Shown: piece by piece, positions 37,266 through 49,251 of the stretch | Layout: each line of letters opens with the position of its first letter | How positions within the stretch are numbered: position 1 is the first letter of the stretch | NCBI RefSeq assembly: GCF_050624435.1 | Contig: NC_134541.1 | Location: 125,022,480-125,086,479 of the forward strand | Source of the DNA: Tenrec ecaudatus | Lineage: Eukaryota | Direction of reading: 5' to 3' | DNA length: 64,000 nucleotides | Translations under genes and position numbers: made by a program | The notes under the pieces: generated by a model | What the model saw: the letters and a program-made list of their open reading frames with translations, nothing else | Told to the model about the DNA's origin: nothing | The model's database searches: none

Positions 37266-40224
37266 GTCAGAGCGGACTCCGTGGCAGGAAGTGTTTTGCT
37301 TCCTGAAAGCTGGGGTTACAGGAAGGGTCATTTGGATACATTTCTATTTCCTCAATGAAAATGGCAGAAACCGCTTACATTTACCTCCTAACTCTCCCCC
37401 CCCCTCCCGCCCCGCCCCTGTATCCATTTAAGGAGACATATATCCAAATCCATTTTCTCCTCAGCCTTCTAATCTGGAAATTCTCTGTGTGGTCTACCTC
37501 TCTCTACGGATACACATCCGTCTGACACAAACAAGCTGAGCATGAAGCTCAGTAAACCGGTTTCCTCCATGATGGCACTCCTTCAGTAACAGGTGTGAAC
37601 AGAGTCAGGAAGGTCTGACAGAGCCAACGTCAAGTGCAAAGACAAACAGCGCAGCCGAGCCTGCCACACTGCCTCGACCCAAGCCACCCTTACGACACAT
37701 CAACCCAGGACCTCAAACAGCTGATCATTTATAGCCAGTGTCACATGCCGGTTTCATTCAGAAGGACATGTGTACCGTGATGTGATTGTGAAAACGTGTG
37801 CGTTTCATCTGCATGTCACGCTGACTCGGGTCTGTAGACACGTGTCTGTGACCCCAGCGAGAAGGAGCCCTGATGGCTGATTGGGTAACCCACTTGGAAG
37901 GTGAGCCGTTCACACCAGCAGAAGCTATTAGGGAGAAAGGGGGACAGGCAGCTCCCCCACATTCACTGGGGAACGGTAGGGAGCAGAGCTGCCCTGTCCT
38001 CCCTGTGGGGTCTCCACAGAGTCGGGATCGATTCCACGGCGCCCTGTTGGGTCTCCGTCTGCTCCCTCAATGGCTTTCTTTAGAAAGAGCGTACCATCCG
38101 GATCACCTCTCCGGGCACAGGTGCCACCCGAGGGCTGGGGCTCCGCTGCTCCATCGGTTCATCTTGCCACATGGAGTGGGACTGAACTTCACAGAGACTT
38201 TTCCCAGCTCATTGGGACGACTTTTCTAACGGCACAGCCCCCTCTTCTGTTGTTTTCCGGTACTGCAGAAACACCCTTTCCAAGGTCAGGCTCTCTACTC
38301 CCATCCAGTGGGCCTTTCGTTTTTTCCTTGCTCTCTATTTCTGTTCCTGCTCGGGCTTTGGACTTTCAAGAGTCTACAAGTCTGGTACTGCTCGAGTTTA
38401 AGGCGATTTGCTTTGTGATTGTTTTTTTAAAAAAATACTTTTATTGGGGGCTCTTACATCTCCTATCACAATCCATACATCCAGCCAGTGTGTCAAGCAC
38501 ATTTGCACATATGCCGCCATCATCATTTTCAAAGCATTCTCTTCCCGCTTGAGCCCCTGATATCAGTGCCCCATTTCTTCCCCCTCCCTCACCAACCCTT
38601 GATAAATTATAGATTATTATTTTCATATCTTACATCGTGCTCCGTCGCCCCTCACCCACTTTTCCGTTGTTCGTCCCCCTAGGCGGGGGTATAGGTTGAT
38701 CCCTGTGTCCCTCTTTCTCCCCGACCCTCCCACAGTCCTCCTGGCATCTCTGCTCTCCTTGTCGGCCCTGGGCTGCTGGGTGATCTTACGACAAATCTGT
38801 TGGCCTTGCTGCCCCAGCTTCCTCATCTGCCAAATGGGAATGGCGGATGGCATCGCCCTCCCAGTTAGGATGAAGACAATCAACATCAGGGCCCGGCTCA
38901 GGCTTCTCCTGCTGAGACAGGCCTTTACACCCAACTCGCAGTACAGCAGGGGGCGAGGCAGCACCACAGGCTCCCTGGGCCCTGGCATCTTGGCATGGCT
39001 GCACCAATCTAGAACAGAAAAGCCGGGGCACTGGACAGCCAAGTGGAGCTTTCCCAGCTGTCCCTGTGCCAGGTGCTCTGCAGGGGTGGAAAGCAGATGG
39101 GGAGGAGGAGCTGGGTTGTAGGTGGAGGTGCAGACCCGGCTCTGTGAGACCCCACAGGGAAGAGCTGAATTCTAGAAGGCCACAGAAGGCAAGGAGCAGG
39201 CTCTGGGATCAGCTTCCCTTGGCTCCGTGTTGGATGGCCCCCATCCCCCAAGGCCACTCCAGCTGGGTCCAGCGAGGGGCGCTGAGAGCCTCGCCCAGCT
39301 TGGGTGACTCAGCTGAAAGTCATTCACTGAGCAGCTAGGGCTGGGCTCCTGCCTCGATCCAAGGCCAAGTTTTATTACAGAAACGAGACCCTCTCTTCCC
39401 TCTCTCACCACCCACCTGACCTACCAGGCCTAGAAGAAGGCTTCTTGCGAGACCACCTACCAACTTCACCCAGAACCTTCTCACCCTTGCCACCCTTTCC
39501 TTCCAGGAACCTGAGCCCCACAGGGGGCCTCTTGCAGGATCCCTGCAAACCATCAGACTCATGGTCCTTTGAAGCGTCAGATGTAGACTTCTGTGGGTCA
39601 CCCGGCCATACTGTGTAATTGAGATCACTGTACGTCCACACACCCACCCAAAGTCCTGCAGAGACCACTGCTCCCTGGGCCCTGCACACACAGGAGTGAG
39701 AGCGGAAGGGCCCGGAAGAGGTGGAGCCTGCCCTCATCTTCTAGTCAAGAGACCAGCCTCTTGATTCAAAGTAAAACAGCGATAGTTTGCTTACAGCACA
39801 ACACAATGACCGAGCGGATGATCACAAGTCAGGCTGCCAAGATTCCAACGGGAGGAAAGAGTGTCCCTTAAATCACAACTCTCAGTGGCCGCACCCGAGG
39901 AGGCCTCTACGACAGAGGAGAGGCTCAGTGAGGAGGCCCATGAGGATGAGCTCTGACTGCCCAGGGGATTTCATGGATTTGCCTCTAGTCTCCTCCCCAA
40001 TCCCAGGAGTCCAGCTGCCCCCTTGCCCGTTGTCCAGCCAGTTTCCCAGCCCCTGGGCTCTTGGTCCAGGCAGATGTGATGTTAGGGTGCAGTAGCTGGC
40101 CCTGCCCTGAGACCGTCATGTCCTCATCAACCACAGGTTCACGAGACTGGAGCATGATCTCCTGCCCTCCAATCCCGAGGGAGACAGACAGACCTTCGAC
40201 TCCAGGGGGCAGGTACGGACAGCC

Positions 40225-40310
40225 TTGGAAACCCACAGGGCAGTGCGACCCTGTCCTGGAGGGTGCCATGAGTCGGCATCGACTCCATCGATGGCAGTGA
40301 GTTTGGTGTT
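40225..40310 (+). mobile_element. AfroSINE core fragment
   Basis: cacagggcagtgcgaccctgtcctggagggtgccatgagtcggcatcgactccatcgatggcagtgagtttggtgttttgg. Confidence 0.65.
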
Positions 40311-41291
40311 TTGGAGTGCAGTCCCCAGGGAGTGGAGAGGGCACAAGAAGGTCAGGATAGAAGGAGGCTTTGCCAACAGCACTGACTTTTTGGATTATCG
40401 AACAGTTTTATCTGCATATAATTCATAAATCACACGTTGCAGTCGTCCAATCACTTTAAGATTGTACAGTCACCACCCCACAGTGAACTTCAGAACATTC
40501 ACTTCCTGCTTGTACGCACTGCGACCCCCCCTCCCCCCGGCTAAGCCACCAATTTTGAAGCCAAACATGTTTGGTGGGAAGAGTGAGTCACAGGACTGAG
40601 GAAGAGATCGCGGTCCTCCCCAGGCCGCCCTCGTCCAGGGAAGGAGTCACGGGCTTAGAAGAGGAGTTGAAATGCTGAGAAAGATGCCTCCGGTGGGGCC
40701 TGGGTTTTCAGCCGCCAATCTTTAAGGCGTCCTCCTAGGAAAATCTGATCTGAGCTCCAGCCCAGGGGGGACCGCTTTATGGAAAGGCACCTTGGTCACT
40801 GAGTGCTGGGCTAACAGAAAGGGCACGTACAGGAATGTCACTTCCTCACCCTCGGGGGATGGGGTCCTGCAGGACAGGGCCAGTTCCAGGAAAGACTCCC
40901 TCTCTCCCTTGCTGCAGAGGAAGGTTCTGAAGCCTTTTCCTATGCTGCTTCCTGGCTTCCTGGTGATCTCCGTGCTCAACCCCCACTTTCCACACCAAAC
41001 CAAACTCGCCCCCCTCGCATCCTGGTGGACCCATGGGCACCCTACGGGCAGGGTCGAAGAACTGACCCTCTGGGTTTCCGAGACTAGAACTCTTTACCAG
41101 AGTAGAAAGGGCCGTCTTCTCCCCTGGAGTGCCTGGTTTCGAACTTCAGACCTTGCAAATCGCTATGCTACCTGGGCTCCTCCTAAGCACAGAGGTTAGG
41201 GTTTTAAGCACAGAGATTAGGGTTTGGGGGGTGGGGGGGTTGGAGAACACCCAGTTCAACCCACAACAGAGTCAGCCCAAGTCTAGCTCAT

Positions 41292-41526
41292 GCGTCCTCC
41301 AACTATGGCCCGTAGGCCACATGTGGCCTGCCGAGGACATTTATCCAGCCTGCAGGGTGTTTTTGCCCCCATTTGTTTTTCTACTTCAAAATAAGAAATG
41401 TGCAGTGTGCATAAGAATTTGTTCATAGTGTTTTTAAAAAAAACTATAGTCCGGTCCTCCAACGGGTCTGAGGGTCAGTGAACTGGCCCCCTGTTAAAAA
41501 AGTTTGAGGACCCCTGCTCTAGCTCA
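41292..41526 (+). mobile_element. Charlie-like hAT MITE family 2, copy B, with perfect TSD (TCTAGCTC[AT])
   Basis: cgtcctccaactatggcccgtaggccacatgtggcctgccgagg...agtttgaggacccc, flanked by tctagctcat on both sides. It lies in the putative intron 1. Confidence 0.75.
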
Positions 41527-41705
41527 TCCTCTGCCCAGATGCCAGTGACCAGAGCCGTGGTTACAGCTGGAAGACCACCAGATCAGAACCACACCGGCTA
41601 CCAGCTGTTTGCAGGCTCACCCAATCACAGGTCTCCACTGAGGTTGTTAATCCTCGGTTTCCCTGACATCGTTCCAAACCCACTGGACTCTGAATTTTAT
41701 TTATT

Positions 41706-42167
41706 TAGTTAGTGTGTGTGCATGCGTGTGCGCATATGGGTGTGTGTGTGCGTGCGTGTGCATGGGGGTGCGTGTGTGTGGGTATGTGTGCGTGTGTGCA
41801 TGCGTGTGTGTGCACGTGTGCATGGTTGTGTGTGCGTGTGTGTATGAGTGTGTGCGTGTGGGTATGTGTGTGTGTGCGTGTGTGCGTATAGGTGTGTGTG
41901 TGTGCGTGTGTGTATGGGGGTGCGTGTGGGTATGTGTGCATGTGTGCGTGCGTGTGGGTGTGTGCGCATGTGTGCATGCGTGTGGGTGTGTGCATGCGCA
42001 TATAGGTGTGTGTGTGCGTGTGTGTGTATGGGGTGTGTGTGTGTATGGGCATGCGTGTGTGTGCGTGTGGGTATGGGGGTGCGTGTGGGTATGTGTGCAT
42101 GTGTGCGTGCGTGTGTGTATGGGCGTGTGTATGGGCGTGCATGTGTGTATGGGGGTGTGTTTGTCAG
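41706..42167. repeat. ~460-bp complex GT-rich microsatellite with (TG)n, (TGCG)n and (TGGG)n motifs, in the putative MVP intron 1
   Basis: Visible directly as gtgtgtgtgcatgcgtgtgcgcatatgggtgtgtgtgtgcgtgcgtgtg.... It produces the His/Thr-rich and Cys/Val-rich artefact ORFs at 41701-42297. Confidence 0.9.
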
Positions 42168-43194
42168 GTATCCCTAAACAACTACCACCGATGGAGAAAC
42201 TGATTTGTGTCAGACCCTTCATCAATTCAGTTATTCCCATAAAACCAAGACCAGCCTCAATGCCGGGGTGGGGTACGGCGTGGTAATTTGGACTCAAGTG
42301 ACCCTGTAGGCCACTGGCCTTTGAGTGCTATATAAGTTTGCCCCAACTTTGACAATAGTGACCCAGGAACTGCCTAAAACCAAACCCTACCCCGGAGTGG
42401 ATTCTGACTCAAAGCCATCCCATAGGCCAGAGGAGAACTTCCCCAGGGGGTTTCCAAAGGCCATGAACTGCACACAGCCTGACTGCCATGCCTGCTTCCC
42501 GGGAAGCCACTGAGCTGCTGTAAGCAGTGTAGCCTTTGGGTTGGCAGTTAGCTGCCCTCCTCGTCACCAGTGCTCTCTCTAATCTGCATCAGAGCCTAGA
42601 ATACCTTAGATGCTAAGGGACGTGCCCTGGACCTCAGGATTAGGGAGGGAACCAGAACTCCACCTGAAGTACAGGAGCAGTACGGCCCTATCCAAGGAGG
42701 GGGTTGAACTTTCCAAGCAAACAACTTACAGGTCCTTTAAGTAGAGCACATGGGCGCGAAGGGCTGGGTGGGGATGGGCATGGCCCAAGAGACAGTGCCA
42801 TAGCAAGTTCAAAGGTGAGCTCTCTGGGCCAGATCCTGTTCCCCAGAAGCAACGCCCTGTGAGGCTGTCCAAGCACCTCGAGTTAACCTTGGGGTAATAC
42901 CTCCACTAGGCAGTCCTGCCTTGGCCCAGTAGCCCCGGCTCTGCCAGACCAGAGGCCTGTGTGCCAAGGGTGGAAACAGGCAGGCGTTTCCGGAAGCACC
43001 ACCCACATCAGCGCCAGCTTTTTCTTCATGACCCAGGGGCCCACTCAGGCAGAGGCCGCTGGCCTCCACCAGGTTCCCCACAAGTGCTGCCCTCCCAAGC
43101 ATCAGAGCTAGGACCTGGTTTCCTCTCCCAAGGGGAGAAGAGCCTGCTTGCCAAACCTTTCAACCCCCTAGAGGCAATTAAAAAAATCAAAGGG

Positions 43195-43390
43195 AAACTC
43201 GCTGCCTTCGAGTGGATGCCAGCTCATAGTGACCCCTAGGACAGGGTAGAACTGCCTGGGGGGAATACTGAGACACAACTCGTTTCAGGAGTAGAAATCC
43301 CCGTCTTTCTCCCTGGGAGCAGCGGGTGGTTTCAAACTGCGGACCTTGTGGATCAGACCCACACAAAACCACTAGGCCACCAGGGATCCT
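43195..43390 (-). mobile_element. AfroSINE-type SINE (reverse), about 300 bp from the CpG island
   Basis: gagtggatgccagctcatagtgacccctaggacagggtagaactgcc...ggtggtttcaaactgcggaccttgtggatcag. Confidence 0.6.
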
Positions 43391-43699
43391 TCTGGAAGGC
43401 ACGCCTACCTTAAAATCACTTTGCTAATGATGTCTCAATTGATGGGCCCACCGTGGCCCAGTAAGGATTGGGGCAACTGCTGAGGGGTCCCGGGGCAGGT
43501 GGGGGTCCAGGGGGGGGCCTCAGGGGAAGGCAGGCAAACAAACCAATCTAGCTCCAAGGTGGGCGTCCCGCTGTGCCTCCTAAGACACACACACCCCCAA
43601 CACCCCCCTCCCCGCACTTGGCATGTGGGAGCTTGAAGTCTCAGATTTCCGGGGTGCTGAGCTGAGCCGATGAGCTGTTGTTGCGCCTTCGATTGGAAA

Positions 43700-44110
43700 C
43701 CCAGAAGGGCTTCCCTCCCTCCCCGGGCCAAGCGGCCGTCCAGCTTGTCCCCCTCTGGTTCCGGGGGCTTACCTGCCCGCAGGAGCAAGGCCCCGTCACC
43801 CCGCAGCGCGGGCAGGCTCGGTCCGAGGGGCGCAGTCCCAGCACGGGCTGGAGGGCAGGGAGCTGCAGGCGCGTCCAGAGACCACTGTGAAGCGCTCAGC
43901 CAACTCGGGTTGCTGCGCAGGGATCACTTCCCGGCAGAGGCGGGGCGGGGCCGGGGGCGGGGCCGCGGAGGGGCGTGGTCGAGGGGGGCGGGGCTCGCCC
44001 CTTAAAGGACCCTTGCAGAGGGCGCTCTGCTCCCTGGGGCTCTTTCGGAACTGGGGGATTTGGGACTGGAGCCAGCTGACAGTGCAGGGGGCGATCGGGA
44101 AGGGTCACAG
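43700..44110 (-). promoter_or_regulatory. MVP: CpG island with a GC-box cluster (GGGGCGGGG x3 at about 43942-43994); putative TATA-less MVP promoter
   Basis: High CpG density with repeated Sp1-type GC boxes and no TATA box. It sits upstream of the candidate exon-1 donor on the MVP strand. Confidence 0.45.
43773..43900 (-). other. MVP: Candidate non-coding exon 1 (5'UTR) of MVP; the 5' end (TSS) is not determined
   Basis: Plus-strand 'cttacctg' at 43768-43775 is a minus-strand CAG|GTAAG consensus donor. It lies inside a CpG island and just downstream (in gene orientation) of three GC boxes. Its ~9.1 kb distance to the ATG exon would fit a long first intron. Not verified. Confidence 0.4.
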
Positions 44111-44279
44111 GCTTCGAGATGGGCGTCAGGTGTTGGCTGAGTTCACCGCTGACCCATCTGGCTTGATTTCTCACTCTGAGTGACTATAAACCTGCCTGGC
44201 CACCCCCCACCCTCCTCAGTGTGACCCATCAATTGTCCAAGCGGAAGCCAAGGCCCTTCTTAAGAGGTGATGTTGTTGT

Positions 44280-45560
44280 CTATCTATATAAGATAGGCAA
44301 GATAAGGGACCAATGGTTGGGCGGGGTGGAGGGGGGAGTGAAGGAGGAGCCAACAAACCCAGGGACAAGGAGGGACCAGTAAGGGAGCTGAAATCGATGG
44401 TGAGGAGGGTGTAGAATGCCTGGTGGGGTTCCATCAAGGGCAAGGTAGCCTAGAGGAAAAACTGAGAGCGAATGAAGGTCGAACATGGTAGTGGGACAGG
44501 AGGAAAGTAAAAGGAAATAGAGGAAAGCACTAGGAGGCAAAAGACATTTACAGAAGTATAAATATAGGCATGTACATATGTAAATCTATTAATATATAAT
44601 GATAGGGATATGGGTCTATGTATATATATTTATATGTTAAGTATTAAGGAAGCAGACATTGGGCCTCTAAGTAGTCCCTCAACATAAGAACACTTTGTTC
44701 TAATAAGCTGGCATTCTGTGATGCTCACCTTCCCAACATGCTCGCTGAAGACAAAATGAGTGCATAAGCAAAGGTGGCAAAGAAAGCTTATGGTGCCCAG
44801 CTATTAAAAGATGCAGCATCTGGGGTCTTAAAAGCTTGAAGTTAAACAAGCAGCCAACCAGCAGGGAAGCAACCAAACCCACATGGAAGAAGCACACCAG
44901 CCTGTGTGATCACAAAGTGTTGACAGGATCGGGTATCAGAAGACCCAGAACAATCATCCCAATTTGAATGAGTGGGGCTGGAGTGGCGATCTAAAGCCCA
45001 TCTGTAGACGATTGGACATCCCTCACAAAGAAGGGACGAGTCAGCCAGGGTGCAGTACAGCACCGACAAAACACACAGCAGTCTTCTAGTTCTTGAATGC
45101 TTCCTCCCCCACTGTCATGACCCAGTTCTGCCTTACTTACAAACCCGGCATGTACGCTAGGACAGATAAGAGCTCTTGACACACAGAATACAGGACAGCT
45201 ACCCGCCTCCCCAGGGAACAGTAATGGCAATATCGATACCAGGAGGGTAGGGGGAAGGTAGGAGGGAGAAGGGGGAGAAAGGAGGAACCGATGGCAATGA
45301 TAATGCATAACAAACTCCCCTCCCCCAGGGGAATCAACACAGATGTGGGTGAAGGGAGATATGAAAACAACACTAATTTATAAATTATCAAGAGTTCACA
45401 AGGGTGGGAGATGGGGAAGGAGGGAAAACAGGAGCTGATACCAAGGCCTCAAGTAGAAAGAAAATGTTTTGAAAATGATGATGGCAGGGGAGCAGCTAAG
45501 GAGGGGGAAAAAATGAGGAACTGATACCAAGGGCTCAAGTGGAAGGCAAATGCTTTGAGA
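44280..45560 (+). mobile_element. Family Y repeat copy, immediately upstream of the CpG island
   Basis: Collinear with 4680-5950. A partial further copy follows at 45890-46300. Confidence 0.65.
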
Positions 45561-46564
45561 ATGATGATGGAGACAAATGTGCAAATGTGGGGGCAGGACC
45601 CTCAGGGCACCAATCCCATCTGCCCAACCCTGGCCCCGCACCACACACTCCCAGCAGCCCTGAGACATCCAGTTTCCTTTAGGCCAAGTTACCTACCCAA
45701 TCATTCCAAGGCCCTGCACACCCTCACTGTCAAGCCCCTTGCAGCAAGAATGCCTGCCCCCACACTGGAAAGGCCGGACCAGATCTTTTGAGACCCTGCC
45801 CCTATATTCACTCATTGTGACAGGCACAACATGAGGACCTACTCAACGCCTTGCTCTGGGCCGTGGCTTCATTCTTCAATGATTTCTGGCCTTTAGGTGG
45901 TCAGAAGGGGAGAGGAGAGGTGGGCGGAGCTCTGGTCGACCTTCCTTAGAGGGTCAAACAGGGCATCCCACACAGCTGGTACTGGGGTGATCATGTGCCG
46001 GAGAGGGCCGGCTGGATGCAAAAGCACAGTGCATGAATAGTGAATGAGGGTGGGGGTGCGGGCAGAGAGGGGCACTATGAGGGCTGTGGAAGGGATACAA
46101 GGGGAGGGAAAAAAGTGCAAATGTGCTTGACACAATGGATGTATGTGTGAATTGTGGTAAGAGTTGTATAAGCCCCCAATAAAATGATAACCAAAAAATG
46201 AGAAAGAAAATGATGATGGCAACCTATGTACAAATGTGCTTCATACAATTGATGTATGGATTGTTATAAGAGCTATAAGAGCCTCCAATTAAAATCTTTA
46301 TTTATTTATTTGCTTATTTATTTATATGCCAGGGTCTGTGTCCAGAGCTTGGTAATTCTCTCCTCTGAACTTGAATTATGACAAGGCACGGGCGTTGTGG
46401 AGATCAGGGAAGAGCATCGCCCTGGAAGAAGGCAGAGCAAGTCCCCCGGCCCCAGGGCAGGAACCAGGAGCTGTAGGAGCAGGGGAAGGAGGGGAGGGGC
46501 CAAGGACTTCTAGGACTTAGGGTTTGTCACTCTCTGTGGGACGTGCACCTTGAGAGGGTTTGAA

Positions 46565-46755
46565 GCAGAGAAGTGGAGGGCTGGTGGCATCATAGGGCAC
46601 ATGTTGGACAGCTAACTACAAGGTCAGCCGTTCAAATCCAATGCTCCGCGGGAGAACGGTCAGGCTTTCGGCCCCCATAAAGATGTACAGCCTCAGCAAC
46701 CCACAGGCTGCTCTGCCCTGTCTGGTCGCTATGAGCCGGAATCAGCTTGATTCAG
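46565..46755 (+). mobile_element. AfroSINE-type SINE
   Basis: ggctggtggcatcatagggcacatgttggacagctaactacaaggtcagccgttcaaatcc...ctgtctggtcgctatgagccggaatcagcttgattcagtgag. Confidence 0.65.
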
Positions 46756-48017
46756 TGAGAAGCAGAGACGTGACGTGGTTTATATTGTAAAGAATCACGC
46801 TGGCTGCTGAGACTGGAGGCAGGGAGGCGGGCTAAGATCTGGGCAATCACCCTGCAAAGCGATGGCTTGGATGAGGGGGAGGTGCTGACAGTGGAGAGAG
46901 GCAGGACATGAAATGTCCCAACGCAGTTAGTTCCTCTTTGGCACTTCCTTGCTCTGCTTCCCACTTGAATGGTGGGGAAACAGAGGAGAGAATTGTTACT
47001 GGGAAGAACCAGAAGCCTCAGCCTCTCCGCTCTCTGTTCTTGCCGTTCTTGGGAGAAAGTATTCAGACCAGAGACAGGAAAAGGGTTGGTTTAAGAGTGA
47101 CATCTCCCCCGTGGTGCAGACCCCGACCTCAGCTAGTCTGAGGAGTCCTGCAGGATGAAAACAGACTTTACACTGCTGACGACAGACGTTCTGGTCCTGG
47201 CCGGCCCCTCACAGTGCGCCTCCTTTTCACAAAGGTCCTTGTCACCCGGCCAGGACTCAAAGGTCAATCCAACCACTGTGGGGGTTGGGCGCATCTTTAG
47301 TCCACGCCCCTTTATTGTACCTCCTTTCCTTTTGAACACCTTTTTTTAAAAAATTGAGAACTTATTGGGGGGCGATCAGCCAGAATGATAAGAGAGGAGA
47401 GTAAGTCGTAGTGGGTTCAAGAGTGAGCCTAGAGCAGAGGGATCCATCGAGGGGGTGCCCAGAAGTCATCCCGAAGGGCACCCCAAGGGGGCCGGTAGAT
47501 CAGCCAGTGAGTACAGTTACCCACAAGAGGCAGCCCACAGCGGAGTGCCAGACATCCAGGTAGTCCTGGAGGCAACAGGTCCACTTCTCGTTGGCTACTT
47601 GTTCCAGATTCATTGCCACTCCCTGCCAGGTTTACAGACAAGGGATGAGATACGAAAGACAAACCATGAGTATTCAGAAATTTGTTTTATTTAGGGATCG
47701 TGGGGGTTACAGAAATCAAAGGGAATGAGATAAAAGGGATTAGGGTAGTCGAGGGAGATGGGAGTCGAGTGAAAGAAAAGGAGACGCCTAGCCTATAAGG
47801 TATAGAGCTACAAGCACCTCAGTTGCACAGACAAAGAGAGAAACAGGTTTGAATACAGACTCACTAGCGAGCTACAACAGAGCTTGCTGAAGAAGGAGTT
47901 AGTGGGTCTTCCCTGGCCGCAGTCATTGCCTGCCTTTTAGTGCAGAGAGCAACTTTATCCCAGAGAACCAGGAGGTGAGGGAAAAGGAGCTGGCAGGTAG
48001 AAGCAGAGTAAGGAATT

Positions 48018-48049
<32 letters not shown>

Positions 48050-48050
48050 C
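48018..48050. repeat. (GA)n microsatellite
   Basis: gagagagacagagagagagagagagagagagac. Confidence 0.85.
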
Positions 48051-49251
48051 CTGCTGACTCTTCTGATAGCAGAATCAAGAGAGCAGTAAGATCAGGAAGA
48101 GTAGTCAGAGAGAGAAGAAAGACTTTTCGTGTGGGGTATTTAAGTCTTTGGGATGTCTATAACTCTCTTATACAGGTGGGTCCCTGTGCATCTTTCGGGT
48201 TGGATCCTTCCACGCCCCTGGGCAGACACCCACATCCGATGGACAAAATAGCGGAGGATTCAGGCTGGCTGGATACTGCCAACAGTCTTGCTATTGGACC
48301 CTTCACGCACATGCGGAGTCCTCCAAGGGTCTGTGGGACAAGACAGACCCACCTACATCTTGAGCCCAATGGCATGAAACTCTACTCTCTCTGGCTTGAT
48401 GCTGTGGCTAGGTTCCTGAAAACTATTGATGAAGGAAATGTGTCTGTCTGCCTTCCACCTCCCTCGGCTGGGGTTCCTTCGTTGCTCCCTCTCCTCCTTG
48501 TCCTGGACCTAGCTGGCCTCCCTGCCACTCCCCCCATCGAGTGATCCTGCTTTTGGGGGTTGAAGGTCAAATGCCATCTTGCAGTAGCTGCTTCCTGCTG
48601 ACCAGGGGCACAGAGGTGACTTGAGTGGCACTATTGCAGTTGCCCTGTGGGCTGAGGCCTGGGGGAAAGGATCTGTATGGAAATTGGTAGCAGCCCAATC
48701 CAGGCAGGTGAGCACGAGGCTCACCTTCAGCGTGTTGTCCGGACAATCATTTGTGCTTGCGCTGCTTCCAGCCTGGAAGAGAGGAAATGGACAAGGGCAT
48801 TCAGCACACGAGGCTCCGCAAGACAAGACCAACCTCACCACCTTCCAGTTCACTCTGATTCATGGCGATCCCACAGGACAGAGTAGACCTGCGTCTGTGG
48901 GTCTTGGGGACTGTGACCCTTTAGGGGAGCAGACAAGCAATTGTGTCTACTGGCCACGAGGATGGCAGAGGCTGGTCTCCTCCGACAGTGCAAATCAGCT
49001 GTGTCGGCATCCTTCTCAGGTGGCAAATTCATTGACGAGACAATAGATCAGGCCCAAAGCTCTTTCTTCTCTTGGAAGTCAAGCCCTCTCTGGTCTTGTA
49101 ACTAGAATGACAAAGGCAATTGCACAAGTAAACTTTGCAGCGTCCTCAGGGGAAACATGCATGGCTTACTGATTTCACATATCCTTCAGCTTTTACTGTT
49201 GACTGGAACTAGATCCTCCTAGACTTTGTACACAGTCATGATGCTCTAGAC

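Noticed and set aside
41701-42297. 198-aa His/Thr-rich and 190-aa Cys/Val-rich ORFs
   Set aside because: They are translations of the (TG)n/(TGCG)n microsatellite in different frames and strands, not genes.
43670-44005. Plus-strand 111-aa ORF across the CpG island (MSCCCAFDWKPRRASLPPRAKRPSS...GRGRGRGG...)
   Set aside because: It is a GC-rich low-complexity Arg/Gly/Pro translation typical of CpG islands, with no homolog recognised. A genuine plus-strand first exon of an unknown gene cannot be fully excluded.
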